This document shows positions 57,800 through 64,000 of a DNA stretch of 64,000 bases, in pieces. How positions within the stretch are numbered: the stretch's first letter is position 1; every line of letters begins with the position of its first letter. The position numbers and the translations under genes are program-made. The notes beneath the pieces were generated by a model. That model made no database searches. It worked only from the letters and a program-made list of their open reading frames with translations, and was not told the DNA's origin. This DNA comes from Chrysemys picta bellii (lineage: Eukaryota). Where the stretch lies: assembly GCF_011386835.1 (NCBI RefSeq), contig NC_088806.1, positions 31,682,001-31,746,000 of the forward strand, written 5' to 3'.

Positions 57800-59762
57800 A
57801 TGTGTAGGCAGGACACTCCTGTGGGGGTCCAGGGTCTCCCTCAGTCTCCTGGGATGAGTCCACTGATCCATCAGCACTGCAGACCCATCCAGGAGCTGCT
57901 GTTCTCCCCAGGATCCCAGACTACAGCAGCCAGCTCAGAACAAGCTCTCCATGTAACCACCACCAGAACTCCAGGTGAGAAAGTTCCTGTGACGGCAGGT
58001 CTTCCACGCCATCCTACCCCAAGGATCTCTGGGCTCTTCTGCTCTTGCACTTGAGTAGGTTAGCTAGTCTCACCTAAAACAGCATGGAGTCTGATTTTTA
58101 AGAACTCTCCAGTGTGCTGTAGGGCAGGTGGAGCACCAAGAGTGGGAATGGCCTGTTCGCCTGTCCAGGAGCAAGAGAAATTCATACATGTAACAGCCAT
58201 GGTCATTTCATGTCTACTCAGTCATGGGAGCACCCAGCTATGTCCATCTCTGAATGGATCAGGGCTGCGTTCTGGAGCTCCTGTGAGGAGTCTGAAACTG
58301 CTGGGAGTGGAAGAGGGTGAGGTAATGTCAGCATCTTAGGGAAGCATGTGAGGAGGGGGGATTGGCAGGAAGCCTGGCTTGCCCAAACTCCAATCTCAAT
58401 CAGTCAGACATTCCCTCTCAGGCCTGGCCAAGTACATAAGCCCAGTGGCTCCTGATGTGCTGCTTGGGGTGGTAGGAAACCCAGAAGATCAGGCTCTAGG
58501 TGTTCCAAGCTAGGCTTCAAAAATTAGGGACCACTTTGGAAAACATGGCCTGTCCTGTGTGTGTTGAGGATCATATCATACAGTGGGAGATGGAACAGAC
58601 TTGTCTCCCCATGGGGCTGGGAGGGGAGAAGCACTCCAGGAGCGGTATAGTGCTGAAACCCAAAACAGCAAGCACTGAGGCCATTATTAGTGAGCTGCTC
58701 TAGTTCTGTGTACTCACCCTGATAGGGAAAAGTAAACCTCACCAGTTTGGGATGAGGGAACACCAAAAGAGTGCAAGTACCCCCTGGTGCTTCTCAGCCT
58801 CCAGTTAACTCCAGCCCTACCTTGGGAGAGCAGTGCTGGGCTGCTTCTGGTTATCCCATAATCAACCTCTTTGTGAGAAAGAACATGGGGTAGTTTCTGC
58901 TTGGAGCCCACAGCTGTCTCCTGGAGAAGAACTAGAGTAATAAAGGGAAGTTCATAATCTTTGAAAAGAACATTTAGGAGAGATGTATCCCTGCTCTGTC
59001 CTCAGTTACACTCATGCAATTCCCCTGTGGACAAGGGATAGGTATGGGTGTGCCTGAGGGTAGTTATCACTCTAATTCTTCACCCCTCTGAACCTGGACA
59101 CTGCAGCGCACACAGGACATTTCTATGTGAAAAACCACTGCAGACCCTAACCATCCATTGCAATAACTGCTGTGCAATTCCTCCAGGCCAGAGTTGCTGC
59201 AGCACCTGGGCATTAGGACGGCTTTGAGGTTTTTTAGCCTTTGCTTAGTTAGTGTCTTGCTTATGATCTGTGTGTCTTGCTAGGGCAACTCTCTCTCTCC
59301 ATCAATGTGCATCTGGAAAGAGCAATTCTTTCCTGGGAGACTCCCATTTGTGATCCTTCTCTCATGCCAAGACGACCGAATAAGCACAAATAGAGGTGCT
59401 GGTGGAAATAAATACATCTAGCCATGCAGGCTGTCCAGCCTCTGAGTAATATATTAAGCTATGCATCAAATTATCTAGCAGGTGTTAGCTCAGTTAGTTG
59501 TTTTAAGATGCTGCATTGTTAGCTGAGGCATGTTTTTATGTAACTTAGGCACTTAAGAATAAAATGCTATAATCAAAGTGTAATGCAGAGCTCTTTCTAC
59601 ATTGAGTTGAATGCTGCTATGTCTCTGGCAGGAGTTGATGGGATGGAGGGACTTACTTACCTTGTTGTAGCTGCTTTAATGAGGGAGCCTTAGGTGGTCC
59701 TCACCCCAAGGATCTCTTTCAGAGCACTGACTCAACAGTGTCTGGAAATTTCTTCCAACAGC

Positions 59763-59768
59763 AATAAA
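59763..59768 (+). terminator. Candidate TMEM25 poly(A) signal (alternative at 59407)
   Basis: AATAAA about 2 kb after the stop; cannot choose between candidates without RNA data. Confidence 0.35.
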
Positions 59769-60559
59769 CCAAATAATTGTCTGTAGCGGTGGCTGGTTAT
59801 TTCTGGTGATCTGTCTTCTCTCCCAAGTGCATGACAATACTGGGCCAAATTCTGCTGGACGTTATGAGTGTAAACCAGGAGTAACTGTGGGATTTACACT
59901 ACGCTGAGATGGCTCAGAGCTAGTGCCCTCATCTCTACTTGGAGGCTGAAAAAGGGGACATTTCATGTGTTAACTGATACTACCTACAGGAAACAAAGGG
60001 GAAAGCAGACCACACTCTGCCTTGAGCTGAAGGCAGCACCACCCTCTCCCTCCTGTCAGTCCCCTTAGTTTTCTCCCTGGAGTGGCTGCTAATGGGCTCC
60101 TGATACAGAGCAAAGGTCCATCCACAGCACCACTTTCTCCCCTTCGATTGCTTCCACTGACCGCTCTTCCCTCTTGCAGCACAGGTTCACACAAGCACAT
60201 GAAGTGTGATGAATACATCACTATTAGAAATGCCTATGCCCATCTCCAGCTGAATGACATGGTTGTGTTTCTCAGCGCTGTTCATCTCTGCAATTAGTGG
60301 CTGAATCTTGTACTCATCTTGAAATGGAAACAGCTGCAGAGAAGCAAATCAAAGCCCATTCCTGCAGGGAAGTCCTGGCTCCCTAGCAATGCAGGGTGAG
60401 TCTTTGGGCTAAATTCTTTTAAATATTTGCTTGGGGGAAAGAGTCAAGCTCCTGGTCTTTAGCCCCAACTCTGAAGCCTAGCAGTCTGGGGAATGGCTAT
60501 AAAAGGAGCCTCAAAGGAAGGTTTGAAAGCTAAAATCCTCTGGTAATTGGCAGCACCTT

Positions 60560-63500
60560 AGGCAGCGGGCAGGGCTACCAAGCAGGCCAGAGCTTTATAA
60601 AGCAGTGCACAAGCGATCAGAGGAGCGTTTACAAGGGAGTTTAGGGGGGAGGCCGAGGGGCAGGGGCCCCTCGCTCCTTCCTTCAAAGCAATAAGCTATA
60701 CTACAGTCACAACTTCTTCACTTAAACAACACCCTTTCATTAACTAGGAGACCATGCAGGCAGCAGCACAGTGGGGGCTATCCAGTGTATTGTGCTGAGT
60801 GCAGCATGTATGTGCAGGGAGCTCCTGGCCCTCACAGACCGCGTACGGGCTTTGGAGGCCAGGGTGGCAGAACTGGAGGAGCTAAGGGAGGCAGAGAGGT
60901 ATGTTGCAGAGGCTTTCTGGGACACTGTAGATTGGTCCCACCTCCAGTCAGACAGCCCCTGCACTGGTGACAAGGCTGAAAGGCCCAGGGAAGCAGAGCA
61001 GTCAACAGGTGCAGAGGGAAACCTTCCCATAGCTGGGGTATCCTCTCACACTGAGGTTACCTCTTCTGGGGAGGGAACTCCAGTCATTAGGAAAAGACAG
61101 GTGTTTGTTAGTAATGGGAGATTCAATCTTTAGAAACAGATAGCTGGGTTTGTGATGACCAGGAGAACCGTTTGGTGACTTGCCTGCCTGATGCAAAGGT
61201 GGCAGATCTCTCGAGGCATCTGGATAGACTTACATGTAGTGCTGGGGAGGAGCCAGTGGTCGTGGTACATGTAGGCATCAGTGACATGGGGAAGGGTAGG
61301 AGAGATGTCCTGGAGGCCAAATTTAGGCTGCTAGGGAAGAGACTGAAATCCAGGACCTCTATGGTGGCATTCTCAGAAATGCTCCCAGTTCCACACGCAG
61401 GGCCAGGTAGGCAGGCAGAGCTTCAGAGTCTCACTGCGTGGATGAGACAATGGTGGAGAGAGGAGAGGTTTAGACTCATTAGGAATTGGGGAAACTTTGG
61501 GGATGGGGGGAGCCTATACAGGAAGGATGGACTCCACCTAAACCAAAGTGGAACCAGACTGCTGGCACTTAACATTACAAAGGTTGCAGAGCAGTTGTTA
61601 AACTAGGAGATGGGGAGAGCCAACCACTGCAGAGGAGCATGTGGATCAGACAGAGACTTCTCTTAGAGGACAGTCTATTGATAGAGATTCTCTAGGTTAT
61701 AGTCAGGAGCAGAGGATGGAGGAGGATAATGTAAGGGCCAGATCAGACAAGAAACATTCACATAAAAAAGAATCTGACACATCAGAAAAAGGGCAGACAA
61801 ATAAACAGTGACAAGTTTTTAAAGTGCTTGTACACAAATGCTAGAAGTCTAAATAATAAGATGGGTGAATTAGAGTGCCTTGTGATAAAGGAGGATATTG
61901 ATAGAATAGGCATCACAGAAACCTGGTGGCCTGAGGACAATCAATGGGACACAATCATTCTGGGGTACAAAAGAGATCAGAAGGACAGAACAGGTCGTGC
62001 GGGGAGTGGCACTACATGTGAAAGAAAATGTAGAATCAAATGAAGTATAAATCTTAAGTGAATCCACATGTTCCATAGAATCTCTATGGATAGTAATTTC
62101 ATGCTCTAATAAGAATATAACATTAGTGATCTATTATAGACCACCTGACCAGGACAGTGATAGTGATGATGAAATGCTAAGGGGGATTAGAGAGGCTATC
62201 AAAATTAAGAACTCAATACTAGTGGGGGATTTCAATTATCCCCATATTGACTGGGAACATATCACCTCAGGACAAAATGCAGAGACAAAATTTCTCGATA
62301 CTTTAAATGACTGCTTCATGGAGCAGCTGGTACAGGAACCCACAAGGGGAAAGGCAACTCTCAATTTAGTCTTGAGTGGAGCGCAGGAGCTGGTCCAAGA
62401 GGTAACTATAACAGGACCGCAAGGAAATAGTGACCATAATATAATAACCTTTAACATCCCTGTGGTGGGAAGAACATCTCAACAGCCCAACACTGTGACA
62501 TTTAATTTCAAAAAGGGGAACTATGCAAAAATGAGGGGGTTAGTTAAACAAACAGAAATTAAAAGGTACAGTGACTAAAGTGAAATCCCTGCAAGCTGCA
62601 TGGGCGCTTTTTAAAGACACCATAATAGAGGCCCAACTTCAATGTATACCCCAAATTAAGAAACACGGTAAAAGAACTAAAAAAGAGCCACCGTAGCTTA
62701 ACAACCATGTAAAAGAAGCACTGAGAGATAAAAAAGACTTCCTTTAAAAAGTGGAAGTCAAATCCTAGTGAGGTAAATAGAAATGAGCATAGACACTGTC
62801 AAATTAAGTGTAAAAAATGTAATACGAAAAGCCAAAGAGGAGTTTGAAGAACGGCTAGCCAAGAACTCCAAAGGTGGTAATAAAATATTTTTTAAGTACA
62901 TCAGAAGCAGGAAGCCTGCTAAACAACCAGGGGGGCCCCTCAATGATCAAGATACAAAAGGAGCGCTTAAAGACGATAACATCATTGCAAAGAAACTAAA
63001 TGGATTCTTTGCTTCAGTCTTCACAGCTGAGGATGTTAGGGAGATTCTCAAACCAGAGCCGGCTTTTGTAGGTGACAAATCTGAGGAACTGTCACAGATT
63101 GAAGTGTCACTAGAGAAGGTTTTGGAATTAATTGAATTTAACATTAACAAGTCACCGGGACCAGATGGCATTCACCCAAGAGTTCTGAAAGAACTCAAAT
63201 GTGCAGTTGCAGAACTATTAACTAGGGTTTGTAACCTATCCTTTAAATCGGCTTCTGTACCTAACAACTGGAAGATACCTAATGTAATGCCAATATTTTA
63301 AAAGGGCTCTAGAGGTGATCCCAGCAATTACAGACCAGTAAGTCTAATGTTGGTACGGGGCAAATTAGTCAAAACAATAGTAAAGAATAAAATTGTCAAA
63401 CACATAGAAGAACATAAATTGTTGGGCAAAAGTCAACATGGTTTCTGTAAAGGGAAATTGTGTCTTACTAATCTATTAGAGTTCTTTGAAGGGGTCAACA

Positions 63501-64000
63501 AACATGTGGACAAGGGGGATCCAGTGGACATAGTGTACTTAGATTGCCAGAAAGCCTTTGACAAGGTCCCTCACAAAAGGCTCTTACGTAAATTGAGTTG
63601 TCATGGGATAAAAGGGAAGGTCCTTTCGTGGATTGAGAACTGGTTAAAAGATCGGGAACAAAGGGTAGGAATTAATGGTAAATTCTCAGAATGGAGAGGG
63701 GTAACTAGTGGTGTTCCCCAAGGGTCAGTCCTAGGACCGATCCTATTCAACTTACTCATAAATGATCTGGAGAAAGGGGTAATCAGTGAGGTGGCAAAGT
63801 TTGCAGACGATACTAAACTGCTCAAGATAGTTAAGACCAAAGCAGACTGTGAAGAACTTCAAAAAGATCTCACAAAACTAAGTGATTGGGCAACAAAATG
63901 GCAAACGAAATTTAATGTGGATAAATGTAAAGTAATGCACATTGGAAAAAATAACCCCAACTATACATACAATATGATGGGGGCTGATTTAGTTACAACG
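60560..64000 (+). mobile_element. 5'-intact but inactivated CR1 LINE: ORF1 (60754-61606; Zn-knuckle remnant, coiled coil, SGNH esterase) and ORF2 (from ~61800; APE endonuclease and RT), runs off the window
   Basis: YCAECSM, LEARVAELEEL, VVVHVG...DGLHLN; YTNARSL, LVGDFNYPHIDW, KSPGPDGIHPRVLKEL, KFADDTKL; stops and frameshifts present. Confidence 0.95.

Noticed and set aside
57800-60550. 3' end of IFT46, expected next by human synteny
   Set aside because: No IFT46-like coding sequence recognised on the minus strand within the window

Overview
Vertebrate (reptile, most likely turtle) genomic DNA, not prokaryotic: no CRISPR array, rRNA or true tRNA gene is supported. The turtle assignment is an inference from the repeats: tortoise-type tRNA-derived SINEs with CR1 tails, PsCR1-like LINEs and Harbinger/hAT MITEs. 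Three + strand genes lie in the order known from human 11q23.3. (1) The 3' 30 exons of KMT2A/MLL1 (exons 7-36 by homology, 219-36386; all splice phases chain into one open frame through PHD1-3, bromo, ePHD4, FYRN, both Taspase1 sites, TAD, FYRC, Win, SET and post-SET), with a ~5 kb 3'UTR ending near AATAAA 41377. (2) TTC36 (3 exons, 186 aa). (3) TMEM25 (8 coding exons, 372 aa), with a CpG-island promoter containing a 28-bp minisatellite. The window ends inside a 5'-intact but decayed CR1 LINE. I see no wholly new multi-gene system. The best second-look items are: a candidate 6-nt in-frame KMT2A microexon with a perfect TACTAAC branch point; a three-piece templated-insertion scar that copied 61 bp of KMT2A exon 27 into intron 27; a 50-bp-arm hairpin in a TMEM25 intron; a CR1-derived polypyrimidine tract serving a constitutive KMT2A exon; a candidate 60-nt cassette exon inside the SET domain; a GC-AG intron; and two candidate TMEM25 first exons whose uORFs share one stop codon.
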